DNA of 64,000 nucleotides from Candidatus Hydrothermarchaeum profundi. Lineage in GTDB: Archaea > Hydrothermarchaeota > Hydrothermarchaeia > Hydrothermarchaeales > Hydrothermarchaeaceae. The stretch's first letter is position 1, and every line of letters starts with the position of its first letter. A program made the position numbers and the translations under genes. The notes beneath the pieces were generated by a model that was given only the letters and a program-made list of their open reading frames with translations, was not told the DNA's origin and did no database searches. Positions 38,291 through 48,311 of this stretch are shown here, in pieces. The stretch covers positions 1,096,989-1,160,988 of the forward strand of contig MTMF02000009.1 of assembly GCA_002011125.2 (NCBI GenBank), written 5' to 3'.

Positions 38291-38974
38291 ATGAGATATT
38301 CCATAAAAATTAAAGATATGCCGGTTGATGAAAGACCTAGAGAACGATTAATGAAATACGGGCCGGACGTTTTAAGTAACGCAGAGCTTCTTGCTATAAT
38401 TCTTAGGACCGGTACCTCGAAGGAAAGTGTTTTAACTCTTTCTCAAAGATTACTCAGGTACTACAACCTCCGCCGTTTATCACAATTAAGCACTTCAATT
38501 TTAAAGTCAATATATGGTATTAGCGATGCTAAGGCATGTCAGGTCGTTGCATGTTTTGAAATTGCAAGAAGGCTTGCAAGTTTTACAGAAAGTCCACATC
38601 CCCAAATTAGATCTTCAAGAGACGTTTATAATTTAATTTCCCCAAGGTTGAAAGATATGAAAAAAGAGGCTTTTGTCGCATTATATCTCGACACCAAGAA
38701 CCATCTCATTAAAGAGGAAACTATATCGATTGGAAGTTTAAATGCAAGCATCGTCCACCCTAGAGAAGTCTTTAAATCAGCGGTTATAGAATCAGCGGCA
38801 TCTGTGATAATTATACACAACCATCCTTCGGGAGACCCAACTCCTAGTAAAGATGATGTTGAATTAACAAAGGAGATGGTAATAGCAGGGAAAATAATGG
38901 GTATAGAGGTACTTGATCATATTATTATAGGAGATTCTAGTTTTATAAGCCTTAAAGAAAAAGAATTTATCTGA
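38291..38974 (+). CDS. radC: RadC-family JAB/MPN-domain protein
   Basis: ERPRERL, LSNAELLAIILRTG, VHPREVF, HNHPSGDPTPS and LDHIIIG. Confidence 0.95.
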   Translation: MRYSIKIKDMPVDERPRERLMKYGPDVLSNAELLAIILRTGTSKESVLTLSQRLLRYYNLRRLSQLSTSILKSIYGISDAKACQVVACFEIARRLASFTESPHPQIRSSRDVYNLISPRLKDMKKEAFVALYLDTKNHLIKEETISIGSLNASIVHPREVFKSAVIESAASVIIIHNHPSGDPTPSKDDVELTKEMVIAGKIMGIEVLDHIIIGDSSFISLKEKEFI

Positions 38975-39183
38975 TTTTGTAATCTACAATTTATAAAAAG
39001 ATAGGCAGCTAACTTTCTATCACCTAGAGTAAAGAACCTCTGTAAGGATTTTAAAGAAAATAGAACACTTGGCATTATAGTATATCTACTAATAAACATC
39101 AAGAAGAATAGGACAATCTAATAAAGTCTGCTGGGAGTTGGTGGAGGTTCGAATCTCAACCTTTAAAAGAAGTATAGAGCAGT

Positions 39184-41082
39184 TTAGGTATTTTTTATCT
39201 GAAATAATTTTCCGTTCTTTTCTTTAATAACTACTTTAAACAAATTTCTAAATTCCTTAACTATGTGCTCCTCGTTTTCAGCTATATTCAGAAGGCATAT
39301 CAATGAAAGACCTTCTTCTATAAAGTATTTGTAAGCTTCTGAAATAAACTTAAAAACGGAATCAAAGCTTAGATTCATTATTAAACTAGATATATTTTCA
39401 AAAATAAGAGTGCTGCCAGCGGGCATTTCTTCAAATATGGTTTTAAGGTACTCTAGATCTGTAATTGGAATTCGCACTATTTCCTTATCACCTTGCGAAT
39501 CAGACAAGGTGAGGACTATTAGTTTAACTCTATCACCAAATCTGGCTTTATATTCATTTATTCTATCCTGAGATGAAATAATATAGACATCCCTGCTGTC
39601 CAAGAGATGTTTTTGAATAGTCTCTATCATTATTTTTCTAATCTTCTTAGGTTCTTCATATTCGATTAGAAAAGACTCGCCAATAAGGGCATCAATTTCA
39701 ATTTCTTCATGAGAACTCTCAGCTAAAGCACTGGTATCGGCATTAACAGGCAAACTCGCTTTACTTTCTTTTTCAAGGTTCACAGCCACTACGTTCTCTT
39801 CGATTAAGTTAATTTTTCTTTGCCATCTTTCGTATCCTGAAGCTTCGACGATTATATCATATTCGTTAATTTCTAGTTTTTCAAAATACGCTACTCCAAG
39901 GTTATCTGATGACTTCACCGCTATGACCTGGCTGTCAGTAATGCTCTTGACTGTGACGTTAGCATTGGGAACAGGGGTTGCTTTCGATTTATCGGATATG
40001 ACAATACTCAAGTCTGAATACGGTTTGCTGAGGGTAAACACCTCACCCGAGTCCATGCTTATAAAACGCTCATATTCTTCTGGATCAAAGCCCTCAGCAT
40101 TTATTAAAACTTTATAGTGCCCCCCCTCTACGCCGGAATAATCAGCTCTGCCTTGGTTATCAGTATATTTAGTTATACTTTCTCCTGTCTCTAGATTATG
40201 TAAAGTTACTTCAGCGTTAGCAACAGGCTCAGATTTCCCGTTAGTTACAACCGCTGTAAAATGATATCCCGGTGGCTGATAATGTTCTTCTCGATAGGTT
40301 TCCTCCTCGACGTATTCATTGTGAGAAGAAACCTCTTTTTTAAACTTTATAGAAGATACTTTTCTCACGGAAATTATGTTGCGGTATAAAAATGAAAAAA
40401 ATCCTCGTAAATAAGAAAACGTAGAGGAGATAGCATTTATTAAAATCTTAAAGTTGCTTTTAATAATTGAGATATAAATTATGCCAATTAAAAGTAAAAC
40501 TCCAATAAAATAAGCTACTTCGAAGCGTTTTAAATAATAGCCTACTCCTAAGCAAATAGAGAAGAAAACGAGTCTATCCGATCTAGCTTCAATAAACTGT
40601 GAACTCTTCCTCTTCCAGGACAAGAAATCCATTACAAATATGCCGGCAGACAAAATAGCTCCGGTATAGATAAAGTACTCTCGTGTAATATTGAAAAGCA
40701 ATAAGCTCTCATAACTATACTTAAAAGCCACATATAATGTGCCCCAGAATAGTAGGAGGTCTGTATATCGATCTAGTACTATAGCGTGTCTACCATTCTT
40801 TTTGATATTTAAGAATTCTTGGAATATCTCAAAAATTAATGCGCTGAGTACCATACCTCCGATTGTTGCTGCTTCGAACCACCGGGGATTTAAATTTGTA
40901 GTAGCGAAAGCCAGATAAAATGATATGAGAGTTAAAAGAGCTGTCAAGTAAGATATGGCGATAATAGAACTTGGGGCTACCTTATATCTACTAATTACCA
41001 TAGCTATGAAATGTGCCGGTGGGGTCAAGATTTTTCGAAACATTGGATTTACCCGAGCTAAAATTTTAGTTTTTATATACAC
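39184..41082 (-). CDS. Multidomain membrane protein: CDP-alcohol phosphotransferase-like TM region, two carboxypeptidase-regulatory-like beta domains, DUF835/RecA-like C-terminal domain
   Basis: About 6 TM helices with LDRYTD and R.DR. Two repeats of PV.NA.VT...[TS]DN.G.A. C-terminal GSTLIFENISSLI..LSFDSVFKFI. Start uncertain (GTG 41082 or ATG 41043). Confidence 0.7.
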   Translation of the reverse strand: MYIKTKILARVNPMFRKILTPPAHFIAMVISRYKVAPSSIIAISYLTALLTLISFYLAFATTNLNPRWFEAATIGGMVLSALIFEIFQEFLNIKKNGRHAIVLDRYTDLLLFWGTLYVAFKYSYESLLLFNITREYFIYTGAILSAGIFVMDFLSWKRKSSQFIEARSDRLVFFSICLGVGYYLKRFEVAYFIGVLLLIGIIYISIIKSNFKILINAISSTFSYLRGFFSFLYRNIISVRKVSSIKFKKEVSSHNEYVEEETYREEHYQPPGYHFTAVVTNGKSEPVANAEVTLHNLETGESITKYTDNQGRADYSGVEGGHYKVLINAEGFDPEEYERFISMDSGEVFTLSKPYSDLSIVISDKSKATPVPNANVTVKSITDSQVIAVKSSDNLGVAYFEKLEINEYDIIVEASGYERWQRKINLIEENVVAVNLEKESKASLPVNADTSALAESSHEEIEIDALIGESFLIEYEEPKKIRKIMIETIQKHLLDSRDVYIISSQDRINEYKARFGDRVKLIVLTLSDSQGDKEIVRIPITDLEYLKTIFEEMPAGSTLIFENISSLIMNLSFDSVFKFISEAYKYFIEEGLSLICLLNIAENEEHIVKEFRNLFKVVIKEKNGKLFQIKNT

Positions 41083-41430
41083 TAATAAATATCATTCGGA
41101 TAGATTTTTCTATGGATACTCTAAATAAATACAAAAAGGACCTTTGTTTTTCCTTTAAAATAACTTTGTAAATTCTCCTCTCCTTAGTCTCCATGATATT
41201 AGTTTAAACGGCTATCAAATTAAATCATAGGAGAGGCCCCTAATTAACCTCTTTCGACTTGGAAGCCAAGATCTTTTTGGACTTAATAATATAAATTATT
41301 TTTGATTTCCTGATTATATCTTCTTTAATAAAGGTAATACCAAGATGCCTATCAGTGAAGAATTTTTTTTTGTTTAAAAATAAGGAGATTATTTGTTTTT
41401 TATTGATAATTTTGGCCATGAAGAGTAAAG

Positions 41431-41449
41431 CTAAACTTTAAAATATATA
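41431..41449 (+). promoter_or_regulatory. Candidate archaeal BRE/TATA promoter
   Basis: CTAAACTTTAAAATATATA lies about 20-35 nt upstream of ATG 41467. Weak evidence in AT-rich DNA. Confidence 0.35.
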
Positions 41450-41466
41450 CGAGTTAATAAAAAAAC

Positions 41467-42519
41467 ATGGGAGATACCGACGGAAACCTACGTATCCTAG
41501 CGATAGATATTGGAGTTGGTACGCAGGACATTCTCGTATATGACGAAGGAAAAATTCCTGAGAATAATATTAAAATCGTATTACCTTCAATGACCCAGGT
41601 TCTTGCAAAAAAAGTTTACCATACTAAAGGAGATATCCTTTTTTATGGAGAGACCATGGGGGGAGGGCCGATAGCAAATGCTATACTTCGGCATATTAAG
41701 AAAGGTTATAAGGTATATATGACGCCTAACTCGGCTCGCACAATAAGAGATAACTTAAAAGAAGTTGAAGAGATGGGAGTCAAGATTATTGATGAAGAAG
41801 ATACTGGCAACTATGATTGTGAGAGAATCCAAACGAGGGATGTAGATTTTAATTTAATAAAAAATATTCTTGTAGGCGTTGGAGAAGACTTTAAGTTTGA
41901 TTTTATTGGCTTGGCAGTTCAAGACCATGGTTATGCTCCAAAGAAATCTGATAGAGCCTTTAGGTTCGAAAAGATAAAAGAAACAGTAGAAAGAAATCCA
42001 AAAGTAACGGGGTTTTTATATAGGGATCCACCCCCCTATTTCTCTAGAATGAGAAGCATCGTTAAGTTTGCCAAGAATTTCTGCTCAGGAGATATTGTGG
42101 TGGTTGACTCTAAAATAGCGGCAGTAGTTGGTGCAACATATGGTTTAAAAGAAAGGCCGATAGTTGCGGTTGATATTGGAAATGGGCATACTCTCGTATC
42201 TATGATTGGGGAGGATGATCGGTTCTTAGGAATATTAGAACACCATACCGGAATGCTAGATAGAAATAAACTTGAAAAATATATAATTAGATTTGCAAAT
42301 GGAGAGGTGTCTAATGAGGAAATATTTAATGACGAGGGGCATGGATGTTACATTAGAGAAAAAGTTGGTAGTAGAAATATTAAAAAATTCTTAATAACCG
42401 GTCCTAGAAGAAGACTCTTGGAAGGCTCAAAAATAAAGATAGAATTTGCCTCACCTATGGGCGATGTTATGATGACCGGAGTAGCTGGAATTATAAGCCT
42501 TATTAAGGCATCAAGGTAA
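41467..42519 (+). CDS. DUF1786-family protein (ASKHA/actin-like fold)
   Basis: ILAIDIGVGTQDIL, GETMGGGP, AVQDHG, VDIGNGHT, EHHT, GHG and GDVMMTG. Confidence 0.85.
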   Translation: MGDTDGNLRILAIDIGVGTQDILVYDEGKIPENNIKIVLPSMTQVLAKKVYHTKGDILFYGETMGGGPIANAILRHIKKGYKVYMTPNSARTIRDNLKEVEEMGVKIIDEEDTGNYDCERIQTRDVDFNLIKNILVGVGEDFKFDFIGLAVQDHGYAPKKSDRAFRFEKIKETVERNPKVTGFLYRDPPPYFSRMRSIVKFAKNFCSGDIVVVDSKIAAVVGATYGLKERPIVAVDIGNGHTLVSMIGEDDRFLGILEHHTGMLDRNKLEKYIIRFANGEVSNEEIFNDEGHGCYIREKVGSRNIKKFLITGPRRRLLEGSKIKIEFASPMGDVMMTGVAGIISLIKASR

Positions 42520-43297
42520 TTCCATTTTTACCTATCGCGAATTTATAAGAACCTATTACATGTTTGGTGCCTCTCATCTTCCTTATAGATATTCGCCGTT
42601 CCTGAGTCTCAACATCTAGCTTTAAAATGATGACACCATCAAACATGAAGGTCTCAGGAGGGAACTCTGTTATACCTATACTTGCACTTTTGGCTTCTGT
42701 GATTATTAGAGAAGTAAGGTCCTGTAAAGATAATAGATTGGAAAGTCTAAGCATATTGGTTCTGGCAGTAAATTCGCTTTGGGAATAAAGATTTAGTACT
42801 GCAATAGAATCTACGACAAGACGTTTAGCATCAATTTTTCTTACCGCAGTTAATACCTGTGAGATTAATGAATCAACATCTACTCCTCCCCCAATTTTAT
42901 GTGGCTCTCTGCTATCCATTCCCAGTCTTGAGGATACTGCGTCGACTATAATTAGCTTTCTATCGGATTCTAAAGCATGGATATCCCAACCAAATGGTTT
43001 CATATTACGTCTTATTTTCTCGGGAGTTTCATCCATGGTTATATAGACTCCGGGTTCATCATTTTCTAAGGCTCCGTAATATAGATACTGCATACCGAAA
43101 ATAGACTTACCGGTTCCGGGACCTCCCATCACTAGTATAGTACTTCCCCTAGGATACCCGCCTCCTTCAAACAAATGGTCAAAGTCCCTTATGCCTGTCT
43201 TTACTATATCTATATTTATTCCCCTTCCGGTATTATGATGATGTTTATATTTAAAATTTGGGTTACATTTGTGAGTTTTTTTAGAGCAGGCTTTCAA
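42503..43297 (-). CDS. KaiC/RAD55-like single-domain RecA-superfamily ATPase
   Basis: KTGIRDFD, GGPGTGKS, RLVVDSI, DGVI.L and IRKMRGTKH. The true start is probably near 43213-43219. Confidence 0.9.
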   Translation of the reverse strand: MKACSKKTHKCNPNFKYKHHHNTGRGINIDIVKTGIRDFDHLFEGGGYPRGSTILVMGGPGTGKSIFGMQYLYYGALENDEPGVYITMDETPEKIRRNMKPFGWDIHALESDRKLIIVDAVSSRLGMDSREPHKIGGGVDVDSLISQVLTAVRKIDAKRLVVDSIAVLNLYSQSEFTARTNMLRLSNLLSLQDLTSLIITEAKSASIGITEFPPETFMFDGVIILKLDVETQERRISIRKMRGTKHVIGSYKFAIGKNGITLMP

Positions 43298-44447
43298 CGA
43301 ATTTTATAAACTCCGGCGGAAGCTTTAGTAGGGAAGTACTTACTTCTTTTATATCTAACTTGCCTATCTTCATTCCTCGTAAAAATTTACCGATTTGATT
43401 CATTTGTTCATCTGACAACTTTTCTAGTACCTCTTTTACTTTTAAAGATCTCATTAGACCGGCTCCTACCTTCTCCCTCCACTCATTCTCGTATTTCATA
43501 AGAAATTCTTCTGAAAAATTTTGTGTATCAACCGCTTCTCGAATAACTTTAGCTGCGATTCTCCCACATACCATTGCGTTGTACATACCCCCTCCAGTAA
43601 GCGGGTCAACGTGCCTTGCGGCATCCCCTACAAGCAATACATTGTCTGTAACACTTTTGGTTATTGGACCTTGGACAGGCACTCCTCCTACAACCATCCC
43701 AACTTTCTTACCTTTTTTCAAGTAATCGTGAGAACTAATAAATCGATTTAAATATTCAAAAGCAGTATCTTTGCCAGTAGGCCTTATACCTAATCCTACG
43801 TTAGCTATATCTTCTCCTTTTGGAAAAACCCAAGCGTATCCCCCGGGAGCTATTTTTCTTCCTAAGTAAAATTCCATGACCTCAGGATTTTCCAATTTAA
43901 GTCCTACCATTTCGTATTGTACGTTAGAAGTCATCTGTGATAATTTTGTCCTGTTTTCTAGGCCTGTCCACTTACCAACAGTACCTTCTATTCCATCTGC
44001 TCCAACAACGATTTTACAGCTTACCTCGTAAACTTCATTAAAATGTTTAAGCTTAATCCTCAAAAACCCATTCTCTCTTTTAATTCCCATAGCGTATGTT
44101 CTTGTCCGTATATCTGCTCCCGCTTTAGCGGCATATAGAGCCAGATATTTATCAAACATTCTCCTTTCTAGAACATATCCATTAGGCTCATCTTCAACTA
44201 TCTCTAAGCGCTTTCCATCAGGTGAATAGATATATTCACCCTTTGTTTCCCACGCGATATATTTCTTATTTTTTGGTATGCCGAGCTCTTTTAGTCCCTT
44301 AATCCCTGTGCCTTCTCCGCATCTTACGGGCATGCCGATCTCTGGTCTCTTTTCAACGAGCAGCACGTCTAATCCTAGCTCTGCAGCAGTTTTAGCTGTC
44401 ATGCTTCCTCCAGGGCCAGCCCCAATTATAACTGTATCATAATCCAT
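43281..44447 (-). CDS. Digeranylgeranylglycerophospholipid (geranylgeranyl) reductase
   Basis: IIGAGPGG FAD motif, PVRCGEG, APGGYAWVFPKG and VGDAA..VDPLTGGG. Confidence 0.93.
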   Translation of the reverse strand: MDYDTVIIGAGPGGSMTAKTAAELGLDVLLVEKRPEIGMPVRCGEGTGIKGLKELGIPKNKKYIAWETKGEYIYSPDGKRLEIVEDEPNGYVLERRMFDKYLALYAAKAGADIRTRTYAMGIKRENGFLRIKLKHFNEVYEVSCKIVVGADGIEGTVGKWTGLENRTKLSQMTSNVQYEMVGLKLENPEVMEFYLGRKIAPGGYAWVFPKGEDIANVGLGIRPTGKDTAFEYLNRFISSHDYLKKGKKVGMVVGGVPVQGPITKSVTDNVLLVGDAARHVDPLTGGGMYNAMVCGRIAAKVIREAVDTQNFSEEFLMKYENEWREKVGAGLMRSLKVKEVLEKLSDEQMNQIGKFLRGMKIGKLDIKEVSTSLLKLPPEFIKFVESLL

Positions 44448-44604
44448 ATATCGCACCTACAGGACAAGCTTTTACACATATTCCGCACTTTATACAAGCA
44501 TTATTATCAATTTCTACTTTCTCATTATCACTCAACTCAATTGCTTTCTCAGGGCACACATTCGAGCAAGTTCCACAATAACAGCAATATTCTTCCACTT
44601 CCAT
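44437..44604 (-). CDS. 2x[4Fe-4S] ferredoxin, 55 aa (absent from the ORF track)
   Basis: Translated by hand: MEVEEYCCYCGTCSNVCPEKAIELSDNEKVEIDNNACIKCGICVKACPVGAIYGL. Two CxxCxxCxxxCP motifs. Overlaps the reductase start. Confidence 0.93.
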   Translation of the reverse strand: MEVEEYCCYCGTCSNVCPEKAIELSDNEKVEIDNNACIKCGICVKACPVGAIYGL

Positions 44605-44609
44605 AGCGT

Positions 44610-45833
44610 TCACTCCACGAATGAATCCAACATAGATTGAGTTCCTCTATAAAATTTTTGCTCTTTGTTTTCACCGAATATTACTCTACCATATCTCCCT
44701 CCTCCTCCTTCTTCAACTTTGAATTTACCCTCTCTGAAAGCTCTTATCAACTTAGCAAGTTCCTTATTACTTACTTTTTCAATTTCTCTAGTTGGCACAT
44801 CTATTAAAACAGAAATTTCACTTCCAAATTGAGTTACAAGTTTTTTCCAGCTCTCTTGAACTTTATCTGAATATATATTTTTAACTTTTAATGCTAGGCA
44901 GAGTATCTCAGCTAGAGGAGCTATTCTCACATATCTTGGTCTGAATGATGGGTGTCTAGGAGAGCTGCTTGTAGACAATTCTAGAACTCTATCGTAGACG
45001 CCTTTCTTTAAAAGCCCTCCACACAACTTACATCTCCAATTCAATCTAACTGCCTCTTTTAGCTCGTATAGCGTAAAGCATTTTATACAGGCGGTCCTAT
45101 GATACTTTCCAAGTCTAGGATCAAGTCCAACATTAAGAACAATTTTTTTATCGAGAATTGCGTTTTTGATGCTTTTATAGTTCAATTCAGATATTTCAAC
45201 TCGATTAAATTCTCTCCCAAGTCTATGAGGCCAGGGAGAATGCGCGTCTGAATTAGAAAGGAATACTACTCTTTTTAGTTCTCCTATAAGGTCCGCCATA
45301 TCAGTATCAGCACTTAGCCCTAGCTCTAAAAATTTTATATCACTGATGTTTTTTCCATAACAATCTCCTAAACTATCATATTCCTTATAGATACTAGTCC
45401 ATGGTACAAAAGCATGGGAAGGACCTATGATGCCTTCGCATTCTTTCACGTAATCAACCAGTTCTTCGCCGTTGAGTCTTAGATGCGGTCTTCCATCTAC
45501 GTCAATATCCGATGAAAACTTTTTTAAGGTCTCTCTAAGGCTCTCAGCAGAGCTAATTTCGGGTAAAAATATGAGATGATGAACCCGTCTATTATCCTCG
45601 ACTTCGACCGTGAGTATAAACTTGCTACCATTTATTTCATATATCCCCTCAGAATACTCTTTAAGCGATTTTATTTCGTCTAACCACTTTGGATGTAAGG
45701 CATCTCCTGTGCCGACAACATCCAACCCCTTTAATTTTCCCTGAGAAGAAATTGTATTAAAGTCCATTTTACCAGAAGTAGCTCCAGAATATCTACTATG
45801 TATATGAAAATCGCAGTCGATTTGCATATTCAA
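44610..45833 (-). CDS. Endonuclease Q-like PHP-domain protein (TIGR00375 family)
   Basis: DFHIHSRYS, GTGDALHP, ELGLSAD, SNSDAHS, LGREFN, GKYH..AC..C and GGGGRYG. Confidence 0.88.
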   Translation of the reverse strand: MNMQIDCDFHIHSRYSGATSGKMDFNTISSQGKLKGLDVVGTGDALHPKWLDEIKSLKEYSEGIYEINGSKFILTVEVEDNRRVHHLIFLPEISSAESLRETLKKFSSDIDVDGRPHLRLNGEELVDYVKECEGIIGPSHAFVPWTSIYKEYDSLGDCYGKNISDIKFLELGLSADTDMADLIGELKRVVFLSNSDAHSPWPHRLGREFNRVEISELNYKSIKNAILDKKIVLNVGLDPRLGKYHRTACIKCFTLYELKEAVRLNWRCKLCGGLLKKGVYDRVLELSTSSSPRHPSFRPRYVRIAPLAEILCLALKVKNIYSDKVQESWKKLVTQFGSEISVLIDVPTREIEKVSNKELAKLIRAFREGKFKVEEGGGGRYGRVIFGENKEQKFYRGTQSMLDSFVE

Positions 45834-45877
45834 CCATCTCTAGGAAAATACTTAAAGGTATCTTGATAGGTGAATTT

Positions 45878-46384
45878 ATGGATTTCCAGAAAGCTATAGA
45901 ATTTCATGGGCATAAATGCTTTGGTCTCGCTATAGGTTATAGGGTTTCTATTCTGGCTTTAGATATCTTAGGGGTAAGCAGGGCGAAAGGTGAAGAGTTA
46001 GTAGCTATAGTTGAGAATAAATCCTGTGCAATTGATGCAGTACAGATAATTACAGGATGTACTCTTGGCAGAGGAAATCTTCTTATTCGTGATTACGGGA
46101 AGCATGTTTATACCTTTGCTAAAAGACCCTCTGGTGAAGCCGTCAGGATTGCATTAAAATATGAAGCGTTTTCGACTATAAAAGATAAAAAAGCTAGAAT
46201 AAATAAGGTACTCAATGATATGGCTGAGGATTTATTTACTATAGAACTAAAAAAAATAGAGTTACCCTCAGAAGCAAGAACCTACCCCTCTATAAAATGC
46301 TCTTTATGCGGCGAGCCGGTTATGGAAACTAAAACTGTAAAGGTGGGAAATAAAATATTATGTATCCCCTGTGCTAAAGGATAA
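45878..46384 (+). CDS. FmdE-family protein with C-terminal zinc finger
   Basis: FHGHKC.GLAIG, ENKSCAIDAVQ..TGCTLG.GNL and CSLCGE...CIPC. Start at ATG 45878 after a GGTGA RBS. Confidence 0.88.
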   Translation: MDFQKAIEFHGHKCFGLAIGYRVSILALDILGVSRAKGEELVAIVENKSCAIDAVQIITGCTLGRGNLLIRDYGKHVYTFAKRPSGEAVRIALKYEAFSTIKDKKARINKVLNDMAEDLFTIELKKIELPSEARTYPSIKCSLCGEPVMETKTVKVGNKILCIPCAKG

Positions 46385-46385
46385 T

Positions 46386-47171
46386 TCAACCTATATATCT
46401 CATCTCTTCATCTGAGGGTGGTCTTCTCTGTATCATGCCCATCTCTTCCATAATCTTCCTTTCCATCCTTTGGGCTTCTGCAACTCTCTTCTCCGCCTCT
46501 TTTGCTTTCTTTACTAATCTCGTCAAGTCCACCTCTATATTCAATAACCGCGTTAGAACTTCAAGGACAATTCTCGCAGCATTTGAATCAAGATAAAACC
46601 CAGAAGTCTCGCCCATCAAGCATGTTCCAGGTATCCCCCGTACTTTTGCTAGTCCTAATAATAACCCAGAAACCCCGACTATCTGTCCTAGACCCTCTCT
46701 TTTTACTATGACGTTAAGCTCCTCAAGTTTTGGTATCAAATCTTTATCAGTAACCGCTCCAAAAACTTTTGGTTTCTCTACGGTTCTCCCTACTCCTAAT
46801 CCGCCAAGAGTGTATACCCTGCTTATGTTTTGGCTTTCTACGACTTCTAATATTTTCTTGCTTAGTAGATATTGCCCTTCTGAAGTAGAGCTTTGAGTAT
46901 TCCCATCTACTATTATCAGGTCTTTTTGATCGCTCTCTTCAGCTTCCCAATAATAGAATTCATTTTTCATAGTTTCTATCAAACCACTTCTCCTAACGAG
47001 CACCTGCGGCGGGAAGAGGTCTGAATGTAATATAGCAAATTTTTTGGCTCTGAGTTCTACTATCAAATGTCTGGCTGCTATCTTCCCTACGTACCCTATA
47101 CCCGGTAGACCCTCTATTAATACAGGCCGATCCAGTTTTGGTTCATTGGTAATCTTAATCTCAAAACTCAT
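46386..47171 (-). CDS. PAC2-family proteasome assembly chaperone
   Basis: LIEGLPGIGYVGK, FPPQV, YTLGG, CLMGET and C-terminal YIG. Conserved position after nop10. Confidence 0.9.
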   Translation of the reverse strand: MSFEIKITNEPKLDRPVLIEGLPGIGYVGKIAARHLIVELRAKKFAILHSDLFPPQVLVRRSGLIETMKNEFYYWEAEESDQKDLIIVDGNTQSSTSEGQYLLSKKILEVVESQNISRVYTLGGLGVGRTVEKPKVFGAVTDKDLIPKLEELNVIVKREGLGQIVGVSGLLLGLAKVRGIPGTCLMGETSGFYLDSNAARIVLEVLTRLLNIEVDLTRLVKKAKEAEKRVAEAQRMERKIMEEMGMIQRRPPSDEEMRYIG

Positions 47172-47326
47172 TTTTCTGCCTCCAATTTGAGTTTTCTTCT
47201 ATATTTCCCATATGGGTCAAGCGGGGAAAATTTAGGCGGATGAGCACTAGAAGTTGCATTGCCACATTTCTTACAATTTTCTTGTAACGTATAAATCTTG
47301 CAATTTTTGCAATATTTTATTTTCAT
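47168..47326 (-). CDS. nop10: H/ACA RNP protein Nop10, 52 aa (absent from the ORF track)
   Basis: Translated by hand: MKIKYCKNCKIYTLQENCKKCGNATSSAHPPKFSPLDPYGKYRRKLKLEAEK. Confidence 0.93.
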   Translation of the reverse strand: MKIKYCKNCKIYTLQENCKKCGNATSSAHPPKFSPLDPYGKYRRKLKLEAEK

Positions 47327-48117
47327 TTTTGTTCCCTTAAAAACTTCCCCATTCCACCGAGTTTTTGTATCTCTGATATCGCTCTTTCAGCACATTTTCT
47401 AAGGGCCTCTTCAGCCGATTTGTAGTCAGGCGAAGTTACATTTATACTGAATCGTGGAGATTTTATGTACTTCACTTCGATCTTGGAATTTCCATAATTT
47501 TCATTCTTTGCAGTAATTAGGGCTTTTTTAATACGATCCACTCCATCTGGCTTATAGCATCTGAGATCCAAGTACCCTGTTATATTAACTGAGGGTAATA
47601 CTATATTTTCTTTGGCTACCGCAGTTACGATTTTTTTCCATTCTTCAGGAATTTTAAGACCCTTCAAAGCTTCTTCACCAGCAATTATGATCTCCTCAAG
47701 ACCAGTATAGACTTCGCCAAATCTATCTTCAAGCTTAAAACCCACCGCCTCGTAAGCTTCGTCTAGAGTCTTACCAATCTTTTTTGCAGCTATTTCTAAG
47801 AGTTTTTCTGCTTTTTGAGCCCTTTTCCATTCCATCATTTTATTCTTTCTCTGGGCATCACTAACCCTCCGCACAGATAAGTCGATATGGCCCTTCTTGG
47901 GGTCTACGCTTAAGACCTTGGCCACAGTCTTTTGACCTTCTCTAACAAAGTCACGGATATTTTTAATCCAGGTCGAAGCTACTTCAGAGATGTGGATAAA
48001 GCCCTCTTTCCCTTGATATTCATCTAGCTTTGCGAAGGCTCCATGAGAAAATACCTTGGAGATCGTACAGATTACCAAATCATTCTCACTTGGAAATGGG
48101 CTCTTTTTCTTAACCAA
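47323..48117 (-). CDS. eif2a: Translation initiation factor aIF-2 alpha
   Basis: S1 domain with EGFIHISEVASTWIKNIRD, KGHIDLS and EWKRAQKA. Synteny with nop10 and rps27e. Confidence 0.95.
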   Translation of the reverse strand: MVKKKSPFPSENDLVICTISKVFSHGAFAKLDEYQGKEGFIHISEVASTWIKNIRDFVREGQKTVAKVLSVDPKKGHIDLSVRRVSDAQRKNKMMEWKRAQKAEKLLEIAAKKIGKTLDEAYEAVGFKLEDRFGEVYTGLEEIIIAGEEALKGLKIPEEWKKIVTAVAKENIVLPSVNITGYLDLRCYKPDGVDRIKKALITAKNENYGNSKIEVKYIKSPRFSINVTSPDYKSAEEALRKCAERAISEIQKLGGMGKFLREQK

Positions 48118-48121
48118 GTTA

Positions 48122-48310
48122 TCACTCCAGTACTGAAACTATTTTTGTCATTATACGTGCTTTGCCCCCAAGAGGTTCCGCTAATGTCTTCCCACAAATT
48201 AAGCATTTTACTTTACTTGCAGCTGATCCGAAAATAACCTGCTCATTGCCACAGTCAGAGCACTTGACTCTTAAGAATCTACTTCGGGGTTGAGATATTA
48301 ATTCCTCCAT
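48122..48310 (-). CDS. rps27e: 30S ribosomal protein S27e
   Basis: [20 protein letters not shown]...[16 protein letters not shown]. Confidence 0.96.
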   Translation of the reverse strand: MEELISQPRSRFLRVKCSDCGNEQVIFGSAASKVKCLICGKTLAEPLGGKARIMTKIVSVLE

Positions 48311-48311
48311 A

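Noticed and set aside
38291-38974. radC as marker of a mobile element
   Set aside because: It is the full-length chromosomal type with the N-terminal helical region. No integrase, transposase or att-like repeats are nearby.
38975-41466. tRNA or ncRNA in the longer intergenic gaps (GGTTCGAATC at about 39146; 41083-41466)
   Set aside because: The T-loop-like word has no supporting T-stem or cloverleaf, and no convincing structure was seen in the other gap.
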